From assembly GCF_009914755.1 (NCBI RefSeq), contig NC_060934.1: 64,000 nt of DNA, one strand, 5' to 3'. The stretch is from the human T2T-CHM13v2.0 reference genome, Homo sapiens. Every line of letters starts with the position of its first letter. Positions within the stretch are counted from its first letter, which is position 1. The notes under the pieces were generated by a model that was given only the letters and a program-made list of their open reading frames with translations, was not told the origin of the DNA and ran no database searches. Below are positions 13,720 through 25,759 of this stretch, piece by piece. Both the position numbers and the translations under genes were made by a program.

Positions 13720-14002
13720 CCAGCTGACGCAGGGCTAAGCATACAGAGCAGAAGGCAGCAGGGTGGAGGAGGAGGAACTCAGAATAGGGAGGCAGACACT
13801 GCTGTGTGTTGTTGGGAAAGTTAGTCAACTTCTCTGAGCTTCAGTTTCCTCATCTACCAAATGAGACATTGGGATATATGTGAAAGGATGTACATGAGAA
13901 AGAAGTGATAAGAACTGCTCAAACTAGAAGCCCCAGCTTAGGTCAGCAGAATCAGTCCAGGCTGGTTTCCTCCACCTCTGTTATTCAAGTGTCCTCAAGA
14001 AC

Positions 14003-14164
14003 TGGACAGTGCAGGTCTCTGAGATATTTGTTGCTCAATGTGTGGTCCAAAACCCAGCAGTGTCAGCATCACCTGGGAGCTTGTTGGAAAGGTAGACTCT
14101 CCCACCCTATTCCTATCTACTGAATCAGAATTTGCATTTAGCACCATTCCAGGGGATTCTGCAC
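14003..14164 (+). repeat. Dispersed copy of 11255-11416 (MER33 end plus MER5A1)
   Basis: Gapless 147/162 identity by manual alignment. Confidence 0.9.
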
Positions 14165-14680
14165 CTATCCTCTGTTCCTTCTGGATTGTTTTTGAGTATC
14201 GTTTTAAATTTTACCTTAAAAAGTGTAATATTCTCTGTTGTGTTTAATTTCACAAGCCATCTCCCATCCTTTCTGGATGAAGATGGGATACATGCCTTCC
14301 TATAAAACATAAATTGTGCATATCCTGTTTACTTGCAGTCATCACCCCTGACTTCCTACCCCAAATCTCGCAGCTGTCAGTGGGACATCAGTCTTTACTT
14401 TTGCCTGAATGTTCTATCCCAGCCCTTCCCTGGGACAGCAGGAAGAGGGCTTTCCTCCTTCTAGAGGCTCTCTGAGATTCATGACTCAACTTTGCAAGGC
14501 CATGTTGTTAATCCCCATGCCTCAGAGGTATTCAGCTGCACCACAGCCCCTTCTTTCTCTGCAACCTGTGTCGACGCTGCCATTTCCCCGGGGGAAAGGG
14601 GAAGCAGTGTTGTCCCTTGCATGGTGTCTGCCATGTGTTGATTACTTAAGGATAATATTTCTGGCAGTGGAGAAAACGAG

Positions 14681-14727
14681 GTGGGAAATGGCTTTCGCGG
14701 GTGATTAATTGTTGAGATGACGTGGCA
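14681..14727. promoter_or_regulatory. Candidate enhancer motif cluster
   Basis: GTGGGAA (RBPJ), TTTCGCGG (E2F), TAATTG (homeodomain) and GATGACGTGGCA (CREB3/XBP1/ATF6 class) within 47 bp; CpGs retained. Confidence 0.35.
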
Positions 14728-15284
14728 GCTTCTGTCTGTGGCCATGAGTCCCAATCACCTGACAAGAAAGATAGATTTGACCAGGAGTTCCTCTTCGAGC
14801 CTTGTTTCTGAGGGCTGCAGGTAGTGAGAAATAACACCCAGGACATTTAGAACTGGAATCTGAAAAGAAAAAGGGGTCATGGAGTGATCAGTGTGGAATC
14901 TGGCCCTGTCATTGATAAAACTTGACGTGCAAACTTGACCAAGTCATTTTCCATCTGCACCTTAGTTTACCTCTCTAGTGAAAGGATGGGCTTGAACTAG
15001 ATGATTTCCAGAGTCCCTCTCAGCACTGAGATTCTGTGATTTTATGAACTTCACCAACGAGCTGAGACATTCCTATTTAGGCTTGTTTTATGTTCTAATT
15101 CCCAAGGACATATTTCTCATGGACTGTACTCCAGAGACTCTAATTATTTCTTGTTAGTCAAGAATAATTTTACCAAGCATCTGTAAGCTATGAGGAGCCT
15201 GGGATGTGTGTGTGTTCAGTTTTGGAGTGTTCTGGGAATTCAGTTTAACTCAAGCATTTATTGAGTGTTCACCCTTGGGATGAA

Positions 15285-15520
15285 ATATGGTATGCAACAT
15301 GGGATTTGCAGTTGGAAACCTGAGTTTCAGTCTGAGATTTGCTATTAGTTAGCTTTGGCCTTGGGCACACAGCAATTTAAGTTCTCTGAGTGTTAGTTTC
15401 TTCACCTGTATTTTATAGGTGAAGGCACAGAGCCTCTTCATTGAGGAATAAATGAGAGAATGTTTGCAGAGCACACAGCACAGTGTTTGAAGCAAGTAAG
15501 TGCTCAGTAAGTGTTATTTC
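15285..15520 (+). mobile_element. MIR SINE
   Basis: ccttgggcac...ctctgagtgttagtttcttcacctgta...gtaagtgctcagtaagtgtt. Confidence 0.75.
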
Positions 15521-17681
15521 TTTTTCTACACTCCATGCCAAGTCTTTGTTAGGTGTTAGGAATGCAAAGATGTATATAAGTCAGGGGCTTCCTGCTTGCA
15601 AGACATCTGTTGACTTTAGGCACACAGACACCCAGTGATGATGATCAGTACTGGCAGTAAGAAAATGATGATTTGGTGCATAAGAGATGATATGTTCAGC
15701 TCACAGAGTACTGAACTAGAAAGCCAATGGCCAGTGTGCTCCTGTTGACAATCAGGACAGAAAAATACAGTGCAGCTGGGGCCGTTCTATAAAGACAGAA
15801 TGACAGACTCCAGCACGGATTTGAGTTTGGGGATGGCATTTAGACAGTCCCTCTTGGCAGCACCATAGTTGAAATTCTCCAGACAGAACATCATTGGCAT
15901 TTATGTTTCTAGAGCTGGACTCACACCATGGGGGTGGGATTCTAAAGCTTAGAAGAAACAGCCCTTGAAAGCCAGGGGTTTCTTGCTTTTCTGGAAGACA
16001 AAGCATGCTTACTTGAATAGCAAGAAGGTAGAAGCAGAGAGGCATAGCTACATCTGACCCCTGGCAAGTGCTTGATGATGTGAACTTTTCCCTCCTGCCC
16101 GTATTTCTTTCCTATTCTTTTATTAAAGAGGCAGAAATTGAACACTTGTTGGTGTTGAGCACTAAGGGTCTAGAAGTGAATGAACCTGGTATTTGCCTCT
16201 GGAAGATTCCAGTGTGACTGGGGAGACAGACATGTAGGCAAGTATACTCAGCAAAGTATTATAGGTGCTAAGGACGCTGGGAGAGGGTACACTGGGCAGG
16301 GGGAGGGAGGTGAAAGGTACTAATATTCCACCTGGAGGTGAGGAACATGTGGTTGTATGAAGATATCTACAGAAAGAGTTTCTGTGGGTCCATGGTGGTC
16401 TGGGGAGGTTTTCTGGAAGAAGCAAGCTCTGAGCTATTTACTAACATCTCCCTTCAGGTCACAGAGCTATTCCCTAAAGCTCCCCAAGGTTGGGGAATTC
16501 TTATGTGTATTTTGAGTTCTTTCTGCTAGGCCAGCTCAAATGTTGCCAGACATTGCAAGGGTAGTCGGGGCTGGCGGGAAGCCCTCATCTAAAAGTCAAT
16601 TACATTTGCCTTTGGAAAATGGGACAAGACATTTATGCTTAATATTTGGGTGTTTTTGTTGTTGGCTTTAAAAAATTTCTTTTTCAGGTCACACTCTGCT
16701 AGTGAAATACCATTAATTTCAAATGGAATTAAATGTCTGTTCTGTGTAGAGCACCCTTGCCAAATAATTACATCAAATATATAGTTTGCAAGGAAGATTG
16801 TCTATTTATCTTTTCTTAAAGGGCAGTCCAGAATCCAGACATACTGCATGGCCCCCTCCGAGAGCCACCCACAGCCTTTTCTTTAGTCTTTTACCCAAGA
16901 TCGCTGTATCAGCTCATCCTTCTCCAAGAACCTGGGTCAGCAAAAATTGTAATACTCAGAGAACTTTTCTGTATTATCTTCACTAACGGTATCAGCTTTA
17001 ATAAAAATACAAGTACCCAAGCTTATTCAGCAGCAGGGAAAAAAAAAAAAAAACCTTACAAAGCCCCTCATAGTTTTACTTTGTTATGTGATGACAGGCA
17101 GACAGGCAGAGAGAACAAAAAAGGTACATAAGGGGGAGATACAGTTGCTTCTAGAGTGAGGGAGATGGGGGTGGTGGGGGGTGGAGGCTTTGGGGGCATC
17201 CTACATGCCCAGGTCACAGTGGTACCTCTTGCGCTGCAGGTATCTGTGGCTATTCCCTCCTTCTGGGACCCCAGAATTAAGCATCCTTTTGGCCTCACCT
17301 TCTCATAGTTGGGAGAGTTGGCTGGAAAATAGTGAACCTGGAACTTGAGGTGACTCTGAAGATATTCCTGTTTAATGTCATCATTTTGCAAATAAGGAAA
17401 CCGATACCCAGACAAGGGAAATTCAGACCCTGCTCACAGTTTACTGACAAGTGCATGAGTGACTGAGAACCTGGCTGTCCTCCGGGGGTAGCTGCACAGT
17501 TACACACTGAGCTGCAGGCAAGGGGGATGAGACCCCAACATGCTTAATTCCCAGGCTGTGCACTTCCCACTGCCCCATTCCAACCTGCTGTAGCTCAGTG
17601 AGGGGTGTGAGCAGAGCAAAGACTGGGACTGCAGCAGGCAATGCCTTTGCCCTCGCAACCTATTCTTTCCTACCTCCCATC

Positions 17682-17890
17682 TGGGTGGTTTTTCACCAGG
17701 GGCAAATTTTGCCTTGCAGGGGATATTCAGAAATGTCTGAAGACATTTGTCACAACTGGGGGGAGAGTGCTACTGGCATCTAGTGGTTAGAGGCCAGGGA
17801 TGCTGCTGCACATCCTGCAATGCACAGGACAACCCTCACAACAAAGTTATCAGCCCCTAAATGCCAATAATGCTGCTGTTGCAAAACTGC
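17682..17890. mobile_element. MER20 hAT MITE
   Basis: tgctactggcatctagtggttagaggccagggatgctgct...caatgcacaggaca. Confidence 0.85.
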
Positions 17891-18074
17891 CTGATTTTGT
17901 GTGTGAGTGTGTGTCGGGGGTAGTGTATTTGAAAGAGATTAGGGCTCAGTGGGACTGCAGTGAGGGTACTGATATCATTTTAAGGGTGATGGATTAGGTT
18001 CCTGTTTTACAAACTTGCCCACGCATTTGAGTTATACAGATAGCTTGTTAAAAAAGTATCAATTTTTACTGGGG

Positions 18075-18415
18075 TGAGATTATATCTCATAGAGGTAGAG
18101 AGTGAAATGGTGGTTACCAGAGACTGGGAAGGGCTAGGGGAGGGAGGGTTGAAGGTAAGCTCATTATTGAGTATGAAAATACAGTTAGATAGAAGGAATA
18201 AGATCTAGCATTTGTACAACAGGGAAATTATAGTTAACAGTAATATATGGTATATTTCAAAGTAGCTAGAAGAGAAGAATTGGAGTGTTGCCAACACAAA
18301 AGGACAAATGTCTTAGACGATGGATATCCCAATTACCCTGATTTGATCATTGTATACATGTATCAAGATGTCATATGTACCCTCAAAGTTTGTACAACCA
18401 TTCTATACCAATTAA
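18075..18415 (+). mobile_element. L1MA-type 3' end fragment
   Basis: acagttagatagaaggaataag, atatttcaaagtagctagaagagaagaatt, gatggatatcccaattaccctgatttgatcatt. Confidence 0.85.
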
Positions 18416-18534
18416 CAAATTCTAGGCCCGGTTCCATACATGCATCTCCAGGGGTGGGCCTGGGAATTGGTATTGTTACTCTGCTTCAAAGGTGCTTCTG
18501 ACATTGGGCCTATTTGGGGAAATAATGGATTCAG

Positions 18535-18770
18535 GTGCAGTGTTGGTTGAACATTTGTTATTTGCCTATTCAGATAAATCTGGATTTTAATGTCAGCTCT
18601 GTCATTTATCAACTGTGTGACCTTGGGCAAGTCACTTATTCTTCCAGCCTGCATTGTCTCATTCTCAAAGAGGAATGATCACATCCACTTCATGGTTTGC
18701 AGTGAGCATACAATGAGATAACATGCATCAAAGCACCAGCTCAGTTCCTGGTTGGCAGTAGGTGTTCATT
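18535..18770 (+). mobile_element. MIR SINE
   Basis: ctgtgtgaccttgggcaagtcactta core. Confidence 0.8.
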
Positions 18771-18938
18771 CCTGTCAGATGAGTCTGGTAGTGTGTTAAG
18801 TTAACAATAATAATGAGACCCAACGGTCGTCAACCACTAATATCCCAGGCACCGTGTTAAATGCTTTTATAATATCTTTTCTCCTTAGCTTCACAGCAAC
18901 CTTGTTTTATAGCTGGGGCATATTGTAGGTACTTGGCC

Positions 18939-19481
18939 TGTGGTAGGCTGAGTAATGCACATCTCCAGGCATTACTGGCCTTACAGATGTGGACCTGCAA
19001 AAGGTCCACATCTCCACTCCTGGAACCTGTGGATGTTACCCTATGTGGCAAAAGGGACTTCCTGTGGATGTTACCCTATGTGGCAAAAGGGACTTTGCAT
19101 ACATGATTAAGCCAAGGATCTTGAGGGGGGATCATTTTGGATTATCTGTGTGGGCCTGATCTAATCACAGGGGTCTTCATAAGGGGAGGCAAGTGATGAG
19201 AGGAGACAGAAGATTTAACAATGGAAGCCAGTCATTGGGTGGCACAAGGAAGGAATCATGAGTCAAGGAATGTCACCAGCCTCCAGAATTGAGAATAGGC
19301 AAAGAAAGGAATGCTTCCCTGGAGCCTCCAGACAGAGCCAGCCTTGCTGACATCTCGATGTTAGTTCTCTGCAAGACCCATTCTGGACTTTTGACTTCTA
19401 GAACTGGAAGAAAATAAGGTTGCGTTGTCTTTAAGCTCCATGCTGTGGTCTTTTGTTGTAGCAGCCATAGGAAAGGAATAC
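18939..19481 (+). mobile_element. MLT1D-like MaLR LTR
   Basis: TGTGGTAGG start, ggcaaaagggactttgca...gattaag...ggatcttgag, gcagccataggaaa end; perfect 35-bp tandem duplication at 19026-19095. Confidence 0.85.
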
Positions 19482-19979
19482 TCTTCCTCTGGCCTCATAT
19501 CCAGAGATGCTGAGCTCTGTGCCAGGCATTGCAGAGTGACACAAGGAAGTTGGACACCTACCACCTGACTGATGAGAGGACACGTACACACAACTGAAAA
19601 AGGCCAGGGAATTTGCAGCAAGGAACAAATGAAAATATACGAGAGAAAATGTTGAGAGTAAGAAGATCTTCCACACCAGGACTTGCAGTGTGGACATCCA
19701 GGGGGACTCCACGGAGGAAGTGTGAAGGCTGCCGGCCCCTGAAGTATGCAGTTCATGCCTTGTAAAGACAGCTTGGTGCCCTGGAAACAATGACTTCTCT
19801 CCTGCCCAGTGATCCATTGGCCCCTTAGATGTTGATCCTGCACCTGGTCTCCTGCCCTCTCCTTTTCCACGTGGTGCAGTGGCTTCTGCTGCTGATCAAC
19901 ATATTCCCAGAGCTGCCTGTACCTCCCGGTGACTATGAGGATGGCAGGTGAGGGCCTCTTCATTCCCCATCTCCACTAA

Positions 19980-20420
19980 CCACGCAAGTCTCTACTCTGC
20001 CCTGCCTCACCCCGCGCGCTCCGCCATGTTGATTGGTGAGGGCGGTGTATGTCAGTGCTGAGTAACGTGGTTATTAGAAGTATGAATTATTTAAGGAGAC
20101 GTGCACATCATTAACCTGTCATTCATCCGAGGGAGGCTTGACATGTGAATTAGCCATGCACATTGCTATTTTGCTTATGGGGAGGGGAAGGGAGGTGGAA
20201 GGTGGGGCAGCGGGGCAGGAGTAGGGGTGACGGGTGGTACAAATAATCGAATTGGCTGCACTTGTGAAGGATTGGGAAGAATTGCCCTGAGAGGAGGCAG
20301 TTTTTTTTTTTTTTAAGCCACAACGGAGCAATTTGATGGCAGAGTATTTTTGGCTTCAAGACACTGTGAATTGGAAATGCAGGAGAACTAGCACGCCACA
20401 CGTTCAGCGGCATCTGTGAG
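19980..20420 (-). promoter_or_regulatory. CpG-enriched promoter/enhancer-like element with candidate micro first exon
   Basis: Many retained CpGs outside recognisable repeats; YY1 CCGCCATGTT (20021-20030), GC box (20040-20045), four minus-strand CCAAT, MARE-like TGCTGAGTAA; minus strand reads CAACATGGCGGAGCGCGCGGG|GTGAGG. Confidence 0.5.
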
Positions 20421-22659
20421 CATACATACCAATATGATCACTGTAATTATAATAATAATAAATGTTCTCTTGTGGTGTGACTTGTGGAGGTCACCCTGAG
20501 ATGAGAAAGTGAAGAGGAAGGGAGGTGGAAAGGGAAGCTATTAATAAACCTTAGACACAGCCTTCAGCTTTCCCTTACCCCTCTCCTACACTGAACCACG
20601 CATACTCGGCCCCCTGGCCCAGACTTTGGTGACATATGAGCCCACCTGGTCTGGCATCATGACCCCTTGGTAGCTGTTCACTCTTCCAAATGGGCTGCTT
20701 TGTTAGATGAACAGGTCAGTTCTGGTTATTGCCCCTGTTTGGATCTGCAGGGGCCTCTGCTCCAAAAGCAGATGCTCCTTTTGTGAGCTGCTGAGGTATG
20801 AAACCAGATCTCTGGGTGGGATGGGAGATAAGGACCATTTCTGCTAGAATATGCTGAATTATGGCTCTGAAACCAATTACCTTTAGAGGGAGACCAGCCC
20901 TAGAGTTGTTCACAACTGGGAATTGCCTGTGTCTTCTGACAATCATCAAATATTTGTTTAGTGTCTGCCAGATGATCCTCTTCTTTCAGGGGACATGGAA
21001 GTGTCAGAGAAAATCTCTCCTGAGAAGTTTACCATCTTCTTAGGGAAAGACTAATAACACACAGGTACTAACTATAGAATATTGTTATTATTACTATTTC
21101 CAGCACAGCTAGGAATAATATTCTCTAATATCAGAGAGTCATATTTTTATAAGATGCATTATATTGCTTTATTGGCTACTGGTGGTAATAGATGGAAAGT
21201 ATTGTCATACCAGTATGGATGTGTTTTGCACAGAAAATGAGGAAAATCACTGGTGATTAGATGATAGACAACTCTGTAGGCAGGTGTAGTAGTAATGCTG
21301 ATATCTGACATCTGCAGAACGCTTTATAGCTCAGATCTCACCTTTGCAACTCATTTGATCTTTACAACAGTTGACAGCAAGTCATCTGAAGCCAGAGAAG
21401 TTAAGGAGCTTGTTTATGTCATATAGCTTGTAGGTAGAAGGGCTGGGATTGGAGCCCCTTGTGATGCCATGGCCAGGACTTGTCCCACCCCACCACAGCT
21501 GCTAGCATCACAGAATGTTATGTATTTGTATGTGGTATGTGTGTCACAGTGCTCTATGGTTTCAAAGTCTTTTCACATCAATCACCTCCTTTGATTCTCA
21601 CAGAGGTTGAGTGCATGAGGTAGGTTCAGTTTTATTCTGGCCATTTCAGGGGCAGTGGGTTTGTGGAGGATTAGCCTTGAACCATCTGCTAGCTGATGTG
21701 TTAGTAGAGCATGTTGACTCCTGGAGAAAACACACACAAATATGTGTACACACACACACTTTTCAAGAAACAAAACCACACAGAACAAACAAAAAATGAT
21801 AATAGAAAGCTGCAAGTGTAAAGTATATTAAGTATATTTACTGTATCATTGTGCCTTGCTAATTACCAGATAACAGTTATCCTTTCTTGGATTCCATAAT
21901 GTAACAGCATAAGATGGGCAGGTGCCCCCATATCCTGCTGCTGCTCATCAGGCCTGATTTGGGTATTTATGGTTGTCCTGGCCTTTTGGTATCAGGGTGA
22001 GTCTTCCTGCTCTTCGGCTCTGGACACCTCTTGGTCTGCCCTATTGTTCTGCCATCATTTGCTCACTGTGTTCTCCTTTAGATAAAAGAATGGAGATGGA
22101 ATTAAGATGGAGTTGCGGAGCTTTACAGCTTTACACACTCCTGGTTTTTGTATCTACTTATAGAACGGGGTGTATGTGTGTGTGTTTTGGTGTGCATGTG
22201 TACCCACAGACACACTCACAAATGTGCTTGGGCTGAACTTTTCCTCCACACCTAATAACTTGGAGCAGGATCATGCCATTGTGTGCATGGATCATTTGTA
22301 TTACCGGTTCTAAGGCAGCATTATTATTTTAAACCTCACTTATGATGTTTCCAGTGACTGACAGGCACTGTCATAAATCTACCTGATACTCCTGAGCCTG
22401 GAGTTGTTGACGTGGCTTAGGATGTATCTCCCGGTTGTCTAGCATTGCTCACCCATGCTGAGCCTGCTGTTCATTTCAGCTGACCTGCTTCCACCAAGAG
22501 AAGGCAGGGAGCTTGGGAACCAGGTGAAATGGGCAGTGGTCTGCCCTTTGTTGAGGCTGTGTTGCTTCCTAGAGCAGGCTTCCCTGAGCATCCTGTCACT
22601 GGAACCTGGGAGGATGACACAGTACTGCTAGCAAGATGTGCAATAAGATTGCAAAGATG

Positions 22660-22810
22660 TCTAGTCTAGTTCATCTTTCTTATCAGTGCAGTAACTACAC
22701 CTTACAAAGGTCATCAGCCTGTTCTTGGATACCTACAGAATGAGGAGATCACTCCTATTCCAAGGGAACTCATTCTGTTGTAGAGTTAGAACACTCTTCT
22801 TATGTTTGGC
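22660..22810 (-). mobile_element. L3/CR1 remnant
   Basis: tcagcctgttcttggatacc...gaggagatcactcc...caagggaactcattc...gttagaacactcttcttat. Confidence 0.55.
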
Positions 22811-23615
22811 CAACATGTGGTGAGATAGGAAGTGCCCTGGGCCAAGAGTCAGGCATGAGCTCATTCTTCTCCTGACTCCCTTACTGATAAACTATGGGAT
22901 CTCGGGAAAATCACATTATCTTTCTGAGCCCCAGTTTCTTCTGACCGTGAAATGGATAAATTGGGTTTCAGATACAGCTCTGAGATGCTTGGGGTTTCTG
23001 GAAGATTCCTCAGGTGTTGCAAAGAAGATTAAGGTGATGGTCAAGTGTTGGGCATGAGTCCAACCATACTGAATGAGAATTATTATGATTTTGTGTTTTA
23101 CATATGCAGTTTTGAGTCAATGATTTTTGTAGCTAAACAAGTTTAAAAAACAAGACTAGATCCTTCAAGATTCTTTCCAGGTCTCATATTTTATGATCTT
23201 TGAAATCTGTAGAAATTACAACAATCTACTTAGTATTATAGAGTAATACTATTTTAAATTCACTTTGCGTGGAATGATTCTAATTCCTCTTATAAGACAG
23301 CCTTCCTAATATCCTTGACCATCCTAATGTCCATATGTGCGGATTGTGATGTGAATATTAAGACAGGTCTGTTTTGGTGTCCTCTTTCCTTACTTCCTCT
23401 CCTGTATTACTCTCTTTTCTACTCCAAGTGCTTTTGCTGTTTCCTGTTCTCAATAGACTATTGGACCTGGCCAGCTCTCACAGGAGAAATTGTCTGATCA
23501 CGTTACCCTGGAAGAAGTGTTTGCTGATGGTGATTTAGAGTTTTGATATCTTCCAAAATATTTGGGACTTCTGAAGCCTGAAAGTCTAAACCTCTTCTCA
23601 AAAAATGAATCTTGG

Positions 23616-23920
<305 letters not shown>

Positions 23921-24053
23921 CTAGGATGATGAAGTTGGAGGCTCAAAGATGAATTGTGTATGGGCTGTTCTCTTACATCCTTCAGCTGATTCTTCTTCAT
24001 CCCTTCCTCAGGATGTGTTTGCCCTAGAGGTGTATTTGTAATTTTGCCTTACA

Positions 24054-24350
24054 CAAGTGTTTCCAAAAGTTAATCCTGTGGAATACTAATCCTAAATGCT
24101 CTGAGATAAAAGGATTCTGTGGCCAGATGCCTTTGGGAAAATACTGTGTATTATGTTTTCCTCTTGGAGATTCACAATGCACCTTGATCTGTTTCAGGAT
24201 CTGAGGAATCCATCAGGGAAGAGTCCTGTTTATCTTTGTTTAATTCCAGGTTTCACAAACTATTTGACCACAGTTATCTTGTTTTTCTCTAGGAAATAAC
24301 TAGAAAAGACCCCAGAACTGGTGTTCCCCAGAGCATAGTTGGGAAACTCT
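24054..24350. mobile_element. hAT-Charlie family MITE
   Basis: gtgtttccaaaagt...tttgggaaa...ctcttggagattcacaatgcac...tatttgaccacag...ttgggaaac; subfamily uncertain. Confidence 0.55.
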
Positions 24351-24354
24351 AGAG

Positions 24355-24577
24355 CAGTGGTTCTCACCTCGGGTGATTTTGTCCCCCAGGGGACTTTTGG
24401 CAAAGTCTGGAGACATTTTTGGTGGTCACAACTTGGTGGTGGGGTGGGAGGGTGCTCCTGGTATCTAGTGAGTAGAGGCCAGGGAGGCTGCTATTCACCC
24501 TGCAATACCCAGGACAGTCACCTCCAACCAAGAATTATCTGGCCTCAAATGTCAATAGTGCCAAGATTGAGAAACTG
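24355..24577. mobile_element. MER20 hAT MITE
   Basis: CAGTGGTTCTCA start, gtcaatagtgccaagattgagaaactg end, approximate 8-bp TSD ctctagag/ttctagaa. Confidence 0.9.
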
Positions 24578-25073
24578 TTCTAGAAATAGGCAGGTACAAG
24601 GTGTGTTTTCAAACATCCCTTGAGCCGTTTGTAACAGCCCTTCAAAATCAAGCTTTGAAGCCAATTCTTTTGTGACCAGGAGTGTTTTCCGGACAATGCA
24701 GAAGGAGATGCACCCAGATAGTAATTCCCTGAACATAACCATGACAAATTCAGAACTGAGTTCTCCTTCAAGTGCAGAGGCAGCAGTCAGCTCCCTGACT
24801 CTGCAGGATGTGGGCTGGGATGAAAGGCCCCTTCTCAGTGCAGAGCGTCTGGAATCAAGGCTGACATAGCTTATCACCTTGTTCTTGTCCTCCCTTCCTG
24901 GAATCAAGTGGTTTAGCACCATTATAGGAGGAACCTGTTTTCCTAGCTTGTAGATTGGGCCTTATTTCTTTCTTTAATCTTGCCTCAAGCCTCTTTTCTT
25001 TTTCTTGGGCTGACAGGGCTTTGCAGCTCATTCTGGAGATGTTGTTGACTTGGTGAAAAAAAATGTGCTTGCT

Positions 25074-25759
25074 ATTCCACAAAGCCGCCATTGTCATCCT
25101 GGCCCGTTCTCAATGAGCTGTTGGGCACACCTCCCAGACGGGGTGGTGGCCGGGCAGAGGGGCTCCTCACTTCCCAGTAGGGGGGGCCGGGCAGAGGCGC
25201 CCCTCACCTCCCGGATGGGGCGGCTGGCCGGGCAGGGGGGCTGACCCCCCCCCACCTCCCTCCTGGACGGGGCGGCTGCAATGGCGGCTTTGTGGAATAG
25301 AAAGGCGGGAAAGGTGGGGAAAAGATTGAGAAATCGGATGGTTGCCGTGTCTGTGTAGAAAGAAGTAGACATGGGAGACTTTTCATTTTGTTCTGCACTA
25401 AGAAAAATTCCTCTGCCTTGGGATCCTGTTGATCTGTGACCTTACCCCCAACCCTGTGCTCTCTGAAACATGTGCTGTGTCCACTCAGGGTTAAATGGAT
25501 TAAGGGCGGTGCAAGATGTGCTTTGTTAAACAGATGCTTGAAGGCAGCATGCTCCTTAAGAGTCATCACCAATCCCTAATCTCAAGTAATCAGGGACACA
25601 AACACTGCGGAAGGCCGCAGGGTCCTCTGCCTAGGAAAACCAGAGACCTTTGTTCACTTGTTTATCTGCTGACCTTCCCTCCACTATTGTCCCATGACCC
25701 TGCCAAATCCCCCTCTGTGAGAAACACCCAAGAATTATCAATAAAAAAATAAATTTAAA
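25074..25759 (+). mobile_element. SVA (SVA_F-like), 5'-truncated with 5' inversion
   Basis: 25074-25278 is antisense VNTR/SINE-R junction; 25279-25759 is sense SINE-R ending gaattatcaataaaaaaataaattt; TSD AAAAAAAATGTGCTTGCT at 25056-25073 and 25760-25777. Confidence 0.93.

Noticed and set aside
15632-15720. C/D-box snoRNA-like motifs (RTGATGA, CTGA)
   Set aside because: Weak terminal stem, no recognisable rRNA guide, and it lies in a probable L2 remnant.
19361-19963. 200-aa minus-strand ORF
   Set aside because: Ends inside the MLT1D LTR; no recognisable protein features.
20186-20530. GGAAGGGAGGTGGAA present twice about 330 bp apart
   Set aside because: Short, low-complexity purine motif; chance is plausible.
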